Below are positions 37,640-58,621 of a stretch of 64,000 bases of DNA, piece by piece. Made by a program: the position numbers and the translations under genes. The stretch covers positions 13,330,001-13,394,000 of the forward strand of contig CM120642.1 in assembly GCA_051362555.1 (NCBI GenBank), in the 5' to 3' direction. Position 1 is the stretch's first letter. Each line of letters begins with the position of its first letter. This DNA is from Lingula anatina (Eukaryota; Animalia; Brachiopoda). The notes beneath the pieces are model-generated. The model was not told where the DNA came from, made no database searches, and saw nothing but the letters and a program-made list of their open reading frames with translations.

Positions 37640-40034
37640 TAAAGGGATAATAACTCTTTGTTTCGGCCAAAAAATGAATTTTCCTAGAGTAAACAACAAT
37701 TTTCCCATACTTACCAATGGTTAATGAATCCATTTTTATGTACAGACACAGATGTGTCTGTACATATTGCCATCACCTGCGTCTGTCGTCGCCGTCGTCG
37801 CCGATGCCGATGGCGATGCCGATGCCGATGGCGATGCCGTCGCCGTGCACTTTCATTGTAAACACGATAAGTGGAAGGCAGTTTTAGTTTTTGGCTTTAT
37901 ATTAACAGAGCTGATAAATATTCATAAAACGCAGGTCAAGTTCGAAAATCAGCATGATCAGGCCATTATTGTAGAAGTTATGCTGTTTTTTCACTTTTCA
38001 GCATATATGAAACACTGTAAACACAATATAAGAAAAACAGATCGGCCGATTGTCATGAAACTCATAGGAGTGATCAATCCTGCTAAAACGCAGGTTGAGT
38101 ACGAAAATCAGCATAATCGGGGCATTATTTTAGAAGTTATGCTGTTTTTTCACATTTCCTCAGATTCAACTCTTAGGCATGTTAACAGTCTCATTATTGA
38201 ACTAATGAGATACCTAAAAGTGTTTGTTTGACATTTCCTGCATCTTTACAACATTGTTAGTTGATTATGTAAAAATGATGGTAAACTTGTTATCGTGTAT
38301 TGTGTAATAAAGTGTCAAAAATGGAAATAAACTCAAATCATTGCAGTTTGTCAGATTCAATCATTCACCATGTTCAGAATCTCAGAATGGAGGAAATTGG
38401 ACATTTAACACTATTCTATTGATATTTTCCCCATCTCATCAATTTTCTTAGTTGCTCATATAAAAATTGCAGTTAACTGTTAATTTTGTTTTATTTTAAA
38501 AAAATTGTTAAAAATGGAAATAAACCCATGTCAGAACAGTGCTGTCTTGTTTCACATTTTCTCAGATTCAATTCTTAGGCATGTTAACAGTCTCATTATT
38601 TAATCAATAAGATACGCAAAAGTGTTTGGTTGACATTTCCTGCATCTTTACAACATTATTAGTTGATTATGTAAAAATGATGGTAAACTTGTTATTGTGT
38701 ATTGTGTAATAAAGTTTCAAAAATGGAAATAAACTCATATCATTGTAGTTTGTCAGATTCAATCATTCACCATGTTCAGAATCTCAGAATGGAGGAAATT
38801 GGACATTTAACACTATTCTATTGATATTTTCCCCATCTCATCAATTTTCTTAGTTGATCGTATAAAAATGGCAGTAACCTGTTAATTTTGTTTTATTTTA
38901 AAAAAATTGTTAAAAATGGGAAAAAAAAACATTTCAGAACAGTGCTGTCTTGTTTCACATTTTGGCATTTTCAAGTTGTGACTTTGAAGTTCCATGGGCC
39001 TGAAAACCTTTGCTAGTCACATTTTCTGAATATCCATAATACTAATATTTTATTATTAAAATTGATGGTCATTATGCTGTTAAAAATTATGTAATATTGC
39101 ATCAAAATTTGAAAAAAAAACTATTTTGGGCACTGCTCCCATGATGACCATTTAAGAAAAACCATGTCACTTACTGTTCTCAAACTTACAGGAAAGAAAC
39201 ATGGGACTAAAATACAGCTTCAGTAGGCAATGCAGTCTGTTTGGTAATTCTTACTGCCAGTTAAAATTTTTTTGTGAAAATTAAATTTTTCACATATTGG
39301 CATTTTCAAGGTATGACTTTGAAGTTCCACGGGCTTGAAGACCCATGCTAGTCACATTTTCTGAAAATCCATGATACGTATATTTTATCATTTAAAATTG
39401 ACGGTCATTATGCTGTTAACCATTATGTAATATGGCATCAGAATAGAAGAAAACACAATTTTGGGTGCTGCTGCCATGATGACCATTATGGGAAAACCAT
39501 GTTACTTATGATTGCCAAACTTTCAAAAAAGAAATACAGGACTAAAATGCAGCCTGAGTTGGAAAAGCAGTCTAATTGGCTTCTTTTTCTGGAAGTTATA
39601 CATTTTCAAAGTGTGAACTTGTTACACATTTTACTTACATTGGTATTACCTGTTGAGCATAATTAAAATTTGATGTTGAATTTGCAGTTTAACATAATGT
39701 TCTTTTGCATCAGAATTGACAGTAGCCTATTTAGTGCATAGTTATTTCCTGTTTTTTGTCTGTACATTTGACAGCTTTGCTGCCTTGTTACATTCAAAGT
39801 TAGTCCCTGGTTTTTTTCTAAAAAGTTTGGTTTTTTGTTAAAATCTCTTAAGAGATTTTAACAGAGTATAGCCATCAATGGAGGTCACGTGGTCTAAAGA
39901 CAAGCTCAGATATCAGAATAAAAGCTATAACTGCCGTTTTTGTGGTAAAACAGAATATATTATATTTCTAAGAGTTATTCACAATTTTTTTACTAAGAAA
40001 TATAGATCTCATACGAAGTGTTATTATCCCTTTA
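37640..40034. mobile_element. Non-autonomous TIR DNA element (possibly Kolobok-like) interrupted by the HINE copy B
   Basis: TAAAGGGATAATAAC at 37640-37654 and its exact reverse complement GTTATTATCCCTTTA at 40020-40034, extendable with mismatches. Flanks are ATAA/TTAA. About 340 bp remain after removing the nested element. Confidence 0.6.
37733..39790 (+). mobile_element. Non-autonomous Helentron-associated (HINE/DINE-1-like) element, copy B
   Basis: Starts with the palindrome TTTTTATGTACAGACACAGATGTGTCTGTACATA, then a (GCCGAT/GGCGAT) microsatellite. Internal units of ~159 bp x2, ~402 bp x2 and ~335 bp x2. Ends GTCTGTACATTTGACAGCTTTGCTGCCTTGTTA. Homologous to 1270-2970. Confidence 0.8.
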
Positions 40035-40350
40035 ATAAAATTTAAAAATTGCAAATAAAATATGCAATGTTACCTTAAATCTCCCCAAAAGAAAAGACGT
40101 TTATGAGTATAAAATTTCATAATATTATACAATGCACGATTATTTGAATCAAAAAGCAAACACATAGAAAATGGAGCATTCCAAAACAAGACAAGCACAG
40201 AACAATTTGTCTCTTATGCACACAAAACATGCTGCTGTAATATTTGTAAAAGCATATTTATGGGTGCCACATAAAAAAAGAAACCCATGTCCCAGTAAAA
40301 AGCACAATATTTCATATGTAATCAGCTAAAGACACATTATTATCTATAGC

Positions 40351-48890
<8,540 letters not shown>

Positions 48891-48964
48891 CACCTCGTGA
48901 GTTTTTCACTTTACTGTTATGAATCTGTTTTCATGTTTCTTTCCTGTTCAACTTTACCGCAGAT

Positions 48965-49042
48965 TTCAAATATCGTTATTCCATTGGTTGAATACATACA
49001 AAGTTCAAGGCCAAAGAAAAAATTTTGCCGCTAGAGGGCAGT
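48965..49042 (-). promoter_or_regulatory. CKAP2-like promoter: CHR (TTTGAA), CCAAT box, adjacent E2F-like and CTCF-like sites
   Basis: The minus strand reads CCAAT (48987-48983) ... TTTGAA (48970-48965), about 75-100 bp upstream of the ATG. TTTTGCCGC at ~49023 and CCGCTAGAGGGCAGT at 49028-49042. Confidence 0.55.
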
Positions 49043-51071
49043 GATTGTTCTTCTTCTGGAGGACGATGGAGACAGATGGAGCGTATTAATCAACAACCTA
49101 GCGGTGCAATGTGATTCTTTACAATCATAAAAAGCTTACTTTTCAAGAGTTTTGATCGAGGGTAAAATGTCTTTGGCAACACAGAGTACATTTTCATACT
49201 GGCTTATAGTTTAGAGCATGTTCAGAATATAAAGTTTCTGTACGTACGTGCATGTACCAGCAGGATCGATCTATCTCTGCGGGAGTTCTCCCATAAAGTA
49301 CAGTCAGTGTAATCAGCTTAAGTGTCTGACCCCCCCCCCCCCCCTCCCCGTATGCCCTTTACCGGAGTAAAAGTATATTCATATATGGATGGTCCCCGGA
49401 CAATTGTACAATGTTTGCCCAAAAAGCTAAAACAAAAAGCACATGCAAACATGATATCCCATGACAGCCGCCTTTTAACACCGAATAGACTCTCCCAACT
49501 TGTGATAGGTTGTGACAAAAATTGTTCAAGAATGTTTGCGGTCGTAAAACATGTAGATATGACTAGGATGTCCCTGTTGAATACACTACTTTATTCCAGA
49601 AAATCACATTTGTGCCTTCCAGTCTTCCACCATGTAGTTTAATGATCACCGGGATTCAACACTTGCAAGGAATTCAGCATCAAGAGGGTGGATGTTGATA
49701 ATTCTCGATTAATCTCTGGCCCAAGTCTGATTTTGCAAAATTAATTAATTAAAAAACAACTAATTAACACATTGAGATTAAACAGGTCTCCTTTTACAAA
49801 TAAGAACAATCACGTGGGGGTTTCAAGAGTGTGTAGTCTATTCATAGACACATCGGACACATCAGCTCATGAAATCCAGATTACAGTTTTAAAGTCTTGC
49901 TCTTTGAAAAATCCAGGGGTTGGGGCTTTTTGGTTCCCAAAGAGTCGGAAATCCACCCTTACAGTCGGAAAAATCTCATCCCTGAAAATCGTTCAAGATT
50001 CCTTGCCAACTCTTCTTCAGACAATCCATCATCTGATCAGTAGTCACTTTACGTCCGAATTGTTCTTTAATCCTATAGATCTATATTGTGCCGTGTGCTG
50101 AGGGTTATTTGATGTTAAAATCGTGTCAAAATTGTTTTTTGTTTAGTTGTAAGCTACTGAAGGAAACATTTTCCAATTTTTCTGTACTTATTTGAATATC
50201 TTGGTTGAAGCGCTCTTTTAACTGATACTTTGTGTAAAATAGCAAGTTCAGTGCAAAAGCACGAGTCATTTTTGAAAAGATAAAGATTTATTTATCCAAA
50301 AAAGAAAAAAATACAATATCGGAAATACATTACCCTGTAAACTTTAAAAAGTAATAAGAGTTAAATACGTTTAAGACCTTGTGTTAAAATTGGCTAGAAA
50401 AGGAGCTGCACAACACTTTAAATCTTATACACATTCCGTCTTGGCTTGGGGGTTATGAATGCTGAAGCCTAAAAAGTGACACGCTGTGCATGAAGCCAGT
50501 GACTGTGTACATTGGATTTTTTATTCAGTGTTTTCTGGAACGTGCTTGGTTATGATAAAATGAAGCGGTGGGGTTGACGTTTTTCATGCAGACACTGCTT
50601 GTGTCTGCATATATTCTGATCATCGTGTGTGTCCATGCTGCCCACGCTACAATTGCAAAACCAAACTTTTGCTTTGGAATTATCTGAGTGCCTTCGTTTT
50701 GAAAACAAAACGTAACCTGCTGTCAAATAAGCATAAAATGATTATTTTTAGAAGCTTTTGGTTTTTTTTTTTTAGTGAACTTTGGCAAAGTTCGATCCAT
50801 AAGTGGCAAGTCGTAGGCCTATTCTTGCTTTACTACATATTCACTAAGCGTCTTTGTTAAGTAACAATGCAGCTTCTTATCAAAAATCAGTACAAAAAGA
50901 TTTTTACAAAAGTTTTTCTTTGCATTTTTTTTCTTTCTCTCTTTTTTCTTTTGTTAACAATGTTGCAATGTTTTGCATTGTCTGGTGTCTGTATCTTTGC
51001 AAGCTCTACTGCTCCACTCTCTCTTAATTGATTAGGCCTTACTATGCAGAGTATCAAACTTAATAATTTGC

Positions 51072-54000
51072 CTACAGTTTTGTTGCCTGTGGCAAATCTT
51101 CACTGCCTGCATCACCCAAAAAGGCAAGAGATTTTCTCGTTTGTCCTAGAGCTCTTTTTCGTTCATATATAAGCTTGGGGTTGTTCAACAACGTATAAGC
51201 CAGGAGCCAACGAGTTCGAGCACGTGTAACGCCTTCCTCTGGGGTTTTAAGCTCCATCTCTGTAAGATATGGGATAGAATATTATGAATATGTGGTTTAA
51301 TGCAAAAGTTCCTGTAAATGAATAAATAAACATTTTGAAATTTATTACAAATTGCATTAACGCAAAAATACTGAATATCTTCTGCCTACTTACTGATGCC
51401 ATTCTCTGTCCTGCTGGCGACCGGTTCAGTGTGATGAACGACCGTCAGATCGTCATCTAGATCATCGTTTGTGGCGTTCTTTTTATTGAATTCAATGACC
51501 AAAATGTGCACGAAGGTAACCATCACTGGGTGTGTGTGGGCATTTTCCACGTGTAGCATGCCGACGTATGCCCCATAGCCTGGAATGTTTTAAAATGTTA
51601 AAAAATGTTCCAAAAATTAGCTTTCCCGTACCAGCGTCACAGACATTCATAACAATATCCGTTTATTATATTTAGGCTACAAAGTCAAGTAGGCCTATTT
51701 GTTGGCATTTTAACTGTAAAATTGTGGGTAAAGACGGGAGAGTGTGTATATCAATATACAGCCCCTAATGTGTCATTCCAGTGGATGCACTTAACTGCCA
51801 CACCCAAAATTAATACCGATCGAAGCTTAAGGGGCCTATCAACTATGATGTGGCCCAAGCGAGTTGAAAACGTACCTGGATCGAGCATCAAGTCGGCGTG
51901 TCTTGGTAGAGTACTGTGGTCCAGCCTTCCTAAGAACAGTAGTCCTACCGCCATGCCCTTAAGTATACGCATGAGAGTGGAAAATAGCCCGAGCAACATG
52001 TTGTAGATGAACATGAAGAACAGGAAATTGAACATCAGGTTTCTGAAAAATTGAAGAAGCAGTTTACATATGATGCCGGTGGAAGGATTAAACTGAGGAC
52101 TTTACGACGAAAGTGGTCGTATATGGGGTTTAAGGTTAATTTAAAAGGGAGGGCCTGCTATTCTAAAAATTCAATGAAACGACCCTTGTTGTTTAAACAA
52201 TTAATTATTTGCATTCTTCAAACAAAGCTATAACCCTTATAATGTGATGAGTTGGGTGTAAAATACTTCGTTAAACATCAAGGACAGAAATTCATTTAAT
52301 CTTGAAAAAGGGACACCATACATAAGTATTCAATTTAAGTAGTTTCATCTTTTTTTCGAAAATGGTACAATATTTGACGTCAGAAGGAACTTCTATAGCT
52401 TTTAAAAATTACCTCAATTTTTCAGTTTTATATTACCTGTTGTTCACAGCAAGAACCTTCCCGCGTTCTTGTAGAAATACTAACCACGTCAAAAGTCTTT
52501 GTATTATAAGCAAAACGATAGTAGTCACAGCATATGGCCTGAAAAAAGCAACGTTCTTTAAGATACAGTATATCAAAATATCTCAAGGAGTTTCCCTTTA
52601 GATCGATCATGCTAAAATATACACATAGCACTTGGCTGGGTTCAGTGACAATAGTTTGACTTAAGTTTTCTCGTAATACGCATCTTTAAAGACACAAGTA
52701 GTGTCTGATTTAAATATGCGTTTCAGATGCTCCAGATCACAATTCTTGTGTTAAAAGCTATTCTCAGTGTCAAAGTCTCGCAGACGATCTTGATGCTCGA
52801 ATGTGCGATATCAATACGAAATTTTGAAAATGAAGACGCTGACACCCATCGGACCTGCAACTAAGTATACTCAAAGCTACCCGTACTAGTCAAATTCTTG
52901 GTTCGAATTGTGAACGTTATTTTCATCGCTGTGTAATATTTTGTTATATTGTCTATTTAGCTTAAGCACAGTGGACAGAGCGACTTCGCCCGTGCTTACC
53001 ATGCATACTGCAAGATCATAATCAAGATATCTACTGCTGCGTTTTCCATCACTAGGAGAGCAATCACTATGCCAATCAGCACGAACACAGCAGTCAAGAC
53101 AAGTGCATGAATAACGAAGGCTATAAAGAAAAAGATATCAATTATACACAGGCAGACCCAAGTTAATAGGAGAATTAGTAGCCTACAGTAGCAAATAAAA
53201 CTTAAAATAAAGGTGCAATTTTTAAAAGATATTTCTCCGTAACGAGAAACTTGAAACTTGACGGGCCATGCTTGCCCTCTTTCACTGTCTAGAAAGGAAA
53301 CGGCGCTATTGAACAATTTTGTTTTGTTATGTAGCGTCCTCCCCCATGTTACGACGTAGGCTTTGATTTGATAAGCCCTTGACCAAACGGTCTGTTTCGC
53401 TGCAGTATGGGAAATTCAACCCACAAGAGAAGAAAAAACTAATATCAATCTCTCAAATTGTCAATGTCACTTATAACCATATTCAGACGTAGGCCTACTA
53501 ATAGAATGGGTAATTGTTCATAAATCTGCTATTTAGTGACAAACCTCATGTTTGGATTACGAGACCTTTTCTAACTAGGTTTTCGTCTTGTATGAAATCA
53601 CATGCAAATTATCAAAATTCATGTAAATTACTAACTACTTTTACTGTTACCATATACATATATACACACATACACGTCAATGTTACAAGAAAGCAACTCA
53701 CCCCATAGTATATATGCCACTTGAAACCCTGCAAACTTCACGTAACCCATCTAAGAACAGTGAATGATTGACATATTTATAATAATATACGAACTTCCCT
53801 GTTAACGTTGATCAACATACATTAAAACTTTAATTTTAAATGTTTTATTGTATTTGGAAATGACGCTACAAATCACGGTGTGTGTGTGTGTGAGTGCGTG
53901 CACGTTTGATTATGCGTCGTTTGTAGGCCTACCATCCAGCCAATATTCCCCTTCTTGGATGGAGGCGGAATGTTAGAGTAGTCTCCTCGTTGGATTGCCA

Positions 54001-56151
54001 TAAGGTTTTCCCTGTAAATTTCAACAAGTGCTTCGATATACTGACCAAGTTAACCAGATTAAAATGCTTAATATGTCTACTACTTTCTGCTCTTGGTTCA
54101 ATACCCATTGAAATCGAGGCAAAAGTAAATTCAGCACCTGTGCCATATTTTATAAACACATTTAGAACGAAGAAAGTCAAGATATGTAGTTTCTCTATCC
54201 ACATATTATTAAATTAAATGTTTTATGAATTATCAAGCTACTCAACGTACTATCGCTTTGGGAGTTCAGGGCTTGGTTTCTTTATGGCGCTGAACATGCC
54301 AAATCATAGCTAACTCCCTATCACAGCTAACAAGACACAACATAAAGCATGGTTTTCCTAACAACATGCTGGAGAGTTGTCTTACCTGAAGTTAGCCATC
54401 ATGTAGGCAATGGTCAATAACGAGGCCAGGAATGCTATAGTCAGTGCCCCGATCACACAGCCTTAAGTGAAAATTCATGAATCATTATTAGTAGGTGTGC
54501 TCTAGTTGGTCTAGACCTGCCAAATTATTCTGTATTTTGACTTAAAGTTACAGTCTCAACGTTTTTAAAGGATTTAAAATATTAAAAAATATAATTTTTC
54601 TAGTGTATATTCGCCGGAATACCAGTGTTAACCAGCAAATCTAAAACCTGTAAAGAATTGATATAATAAGCTTAAGTAAATAAAGCAAATTAAAACTTTT
54701 AAATCATAATTGAATAATCTATTAACAGATATAGCATAAGCTCACCCCGTGTGACTTGAATTAAAACGCCAAAATCCGAATACAAGTACTCTAAGTAGGC
54801 ACCATAATCATCCACGATAGATAAAAATAAAAAATAGAACATCAGGGCAAACTGAAAACAATAAAAAGAACATTCTTTCATACTTCCAAACGATGTATTT
54901 TTCAAGGCGATACGGAATAGCCCCCACTGAAAACCTCAAGGAAAAATAATTTCCCTTTGGTAATAAATGAAAAAGATGCAAATATCTTTATTTTAAGTTC
55001 CAACGAGTCCCATCATAGGTCTTACATAATCAAAATATAAATGCGCCATACAACGTCACAGCCGCAGAACAGACACTATTATATAATAATTGACCAGCAG
55101 TACATGTACATGCCCGTAGCCGAGGAGGGGGGGGGGGGGGTCGAACGAACAGCCCTTTTTCCTGGAAAATGTCAGCTCGCTTAAATATATTGATCTAGGC
55201 ACACAAAAGTTTCATGGTAAAAAGTCCATTGTTTCAGAAAAAGAACACCCCTCTGAAATTGCTGGGTACAGGCCTGTGGTATATACCAATATTGTGTTCT
55301 TAAAAAACTGTTTACTTACAGCATACACCAATATTATAGCAACAGTAAAAGTGGTCACCATACGCGTCGAGTATTTATAGCCTAGAAAGAAAAAAAATCT
55401 ATCAGTTTAACAGCAGTGTCTGTGGAAAAGATAATCGCAAGCAGACTGTCAACCTACATTCGGACTTCACGTTATGAGGCGGAAACTGAGAAAGAGGGCA
55501 TAAGTTAAAGTGAGTCAGTTTTCACTGTAATGTAAAGTGGCGAATAAAAGTGTTGAAATTATCATAAAAATTAATTTTTTTTTGCTGCAGTTACACTGAA
55601 GTTTCGGTTCCTGACATGCTTTTTTTCTTAAACAAAGCGTGTACATCTTGGGTTTACTAATATCAGTTATTAAAATGCACGTTTTTTTCTTAGGACCCAT
55701 GAATTAGAATCTGACTTGCTGGCTCCTAGAGAAAACTTACCAGGCATCCTAGTGTAGGTATAACGTTTAAAAAGGGAAATACACCCTGATTTGACCCTGG
55801 CTCCTCTAGAGAGGCCCTGAGTATCTATTGTTCTGACGAGAAAAATATTTAATGAAATTAGACGACATGAAATGAATTTTTGTTCTTTCCTCTTTCCAAA
55901 AGGCACAAACAATAAAATATCTAAGCGTGCGTTTTTCTTTTAATTTGTTTATGTCATTTCTGGAATATGAATCAACATATTACCAAATAAAATCAATAAT
56001 CTTAATGTAAATCGCTGGTGTTCTTATTCAAATGAGCGGTAAATATGAATACTTACACTTTCTTTTTCAGTATGACTCTCACGTATTTGGCTTGGTAGTT
56101 CTCTTGTAGAAAATGGTTGATTCGCTGAAATAGTACGTGATACATACATAA

Positions 56152-56185
<34 letters not shown>

Positions 56186-56261
56186 GTGCGTATGTGGCAT
56201 TTCATTGAAATAAAGATAGTATTGTTGTCTTACGTAAGATACGTCATTGAAACCGCATGCT

Positions 56262-56308
<47 letters not shown>

Positions 56309-57824
56309 AATATGACAGATTTCTGGAAGTCACCTCTTTAAATGAGCGATATTTGATCCTATAGACGATGTGTCTAATGATTTGCACGGGAAAATCCACG
56401 AACAATATTACCATCCCCAGGTAGGCTGGAAGGCACATCCCAAGGTACATAACCCACACCTAGAAGACACCGCAATATCCACAGGCTTATTATTATTATT
56501 TTTTCAATCGTAGATATGTTAAGCAGGGATACTAATGTATTCAAATTCAACTTCAATAAGCTAGTCATAGTCTGAAGTTTAAAAACAACAACAGAGTTTA
56601 CGTCTAAAATATATGAAAACAATTACGAACATGCAAGCCTGTATTTATTACTATATTAGAACTTCAAAGTAGTGAAAAGAGCAAAAATAGGGCACTAAAA
56701 ATATTTTTTGAAATATCATTTTTATATTTCTTAAAAGTAAACTCCTTAAAAATTAATCAACCTTAATTAACAATATTGCACAGAAGAGACCATCTTCGTC
56801 GAATACGAGACCAGTGGGTGGAGACACTCACCTGGTCTCCGGTACATTCTACTCTATAAAGGACCTCGATACCCATGTAAATGATTAAGTACACCCATCC
56901 AATGGAGTAGCTGAAGATGGTGTTCAACGTAATGGCGGTAAATAGGGGGTAAACCACCAAACCGTATCTAAGTACCAACAAAACCAATGAGAGTTCTGAA
57001 AAATAAAGAATGTAGATAAAAAGAGTATATCTTGTGAAACAAGTAAGGTAAATCTCTTAAAGGTAGCTAGGCTACATGTGCGAATAATTATTTCAGTAAA
57101 TGAGCAAAAATGTTCATTAGCTCGGTAGTTGGATCGTATATGAAAATTCTCAAACACAAGCCTATAAATTTCCTACCGTTAGCTTACGGCCAACCTGGTT
57201 TCTGATGAAGGCCTTCGACCAGGTTGGCTGTAAGCTAACGGTAGGAAATTTATAGGCTTGTGTTTGAGAACTTTCATATACAATTATTTCAGTACTTTTT
57301 CCTTAATGCCGAATGACCATTTTTTCTTTCATTATACACACTGTTTCTTAAAAAATATAATGCGTTAAAAGCAAGTTTCATTAAAATCTCAATTGTCCCG
57401 AAAGATGTTAACCACAATATTCTTCATAATGAAAAAATGGGCACGATTGAAAAATCGAAAATTTTAATCACTAATAAATACCAAAAGTTTGACAAATAGC
57501 ATGGTTAGATAATATTATTACTATGTTATTAAGTTACAAAAATGTTTTTTTTTACCCGGCCAAAAATAGTTGAAAAACATTTGGGCAACAGACAAAAAGC
57601 TAGAATTTTAAACTTAAAGCCATAAACTAAAATAAATACAAGACTCTAGATAATATTTAGCTGGAGGAGCGAATTAAAAATAAATTGTGAACACATCTGC
57701 GTGTGTAATTTGACATAATTCATAGTAGACTACATATCATGACACAACCGCAATCGTCCAAGATAACAAAATTGTCTAACCAATTATCAAATTTGGTCCG
57801 GCCAAAGACTTCAAACGCACACAC

Positions 57825-57862
<38 letters not shown>

Positions 57863-58590
57863 ACACACACACACACACATACACACACAGGTACGTTTTA
57901 CAACGTTAAGTTTAATTTTTGGTAAATGACAATAAAAGAAGTTTAAATTATCATTGTTCCACGAGCATGCATTCTCGCGCGCGCGCGCGCACACACGCAC
58001 ACACACAAACACACACATGTATACGCACGTTTCATGTAAGGTGGTCCCACTGTCGTTTGGTCCTCAAACAGGAAGAAGTCCAGCACGGAGATCGCCAACA
58101 CGGCGTAGGCTGCAGCGTAGGCCCAACGATCGTGACGAGATTCTAGACAGTTCATAGGGCTGAAGAGGAAATGTAATGGTTATTATCTACATTTCTTTAT
58201 TCGGTTATTCATTTGTTCATTTATTAGGCGTTTCATAGAGGTTAAAGGTTGAACGTGCATATACGAAATACACATATAGTACTAATATTGAAAAAATCCA
58301 AAAACCGAAGAGATAAATGATCAGACAAATAATATGAGTTTCAATTGTTTGACTTTTTCCATGAGATTACGTTGTCACGCCCTATACTATGCACTGTAAG
58401 GAAAGAATGCAACAACAAAACTGAAAAGCTATCTAATAGTTCTATTCTACACATTGGAAGTACCACAAACATGTATGCTACATAAAAATATTTATTTAAT
58501 GATTCTCAAATTATCTTCCTGTAAGATTGATCATATAATTTATATTCCCATCGAAAGGATCAAGTTATTACCATATACTTTTACTGGGCG

Positions 58591-58621
<31 letters not shown>

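Noticed and set aside
37752-38231. 159-aa ORF with an internal repeat (QVKFENQH..)
   Set aside because: Translation of the HINE microsatellite and 159-bp tandem units. No transposase or Rep/helicase motifs.
49322-50101. 106-aa and 109-aa intergenic ORFs
   Set aside because: No recognisable motifs or splice context. Contains a poly-C run and a repeat fragment (GTCGGAAAAATCTCATC, also at ~40821).
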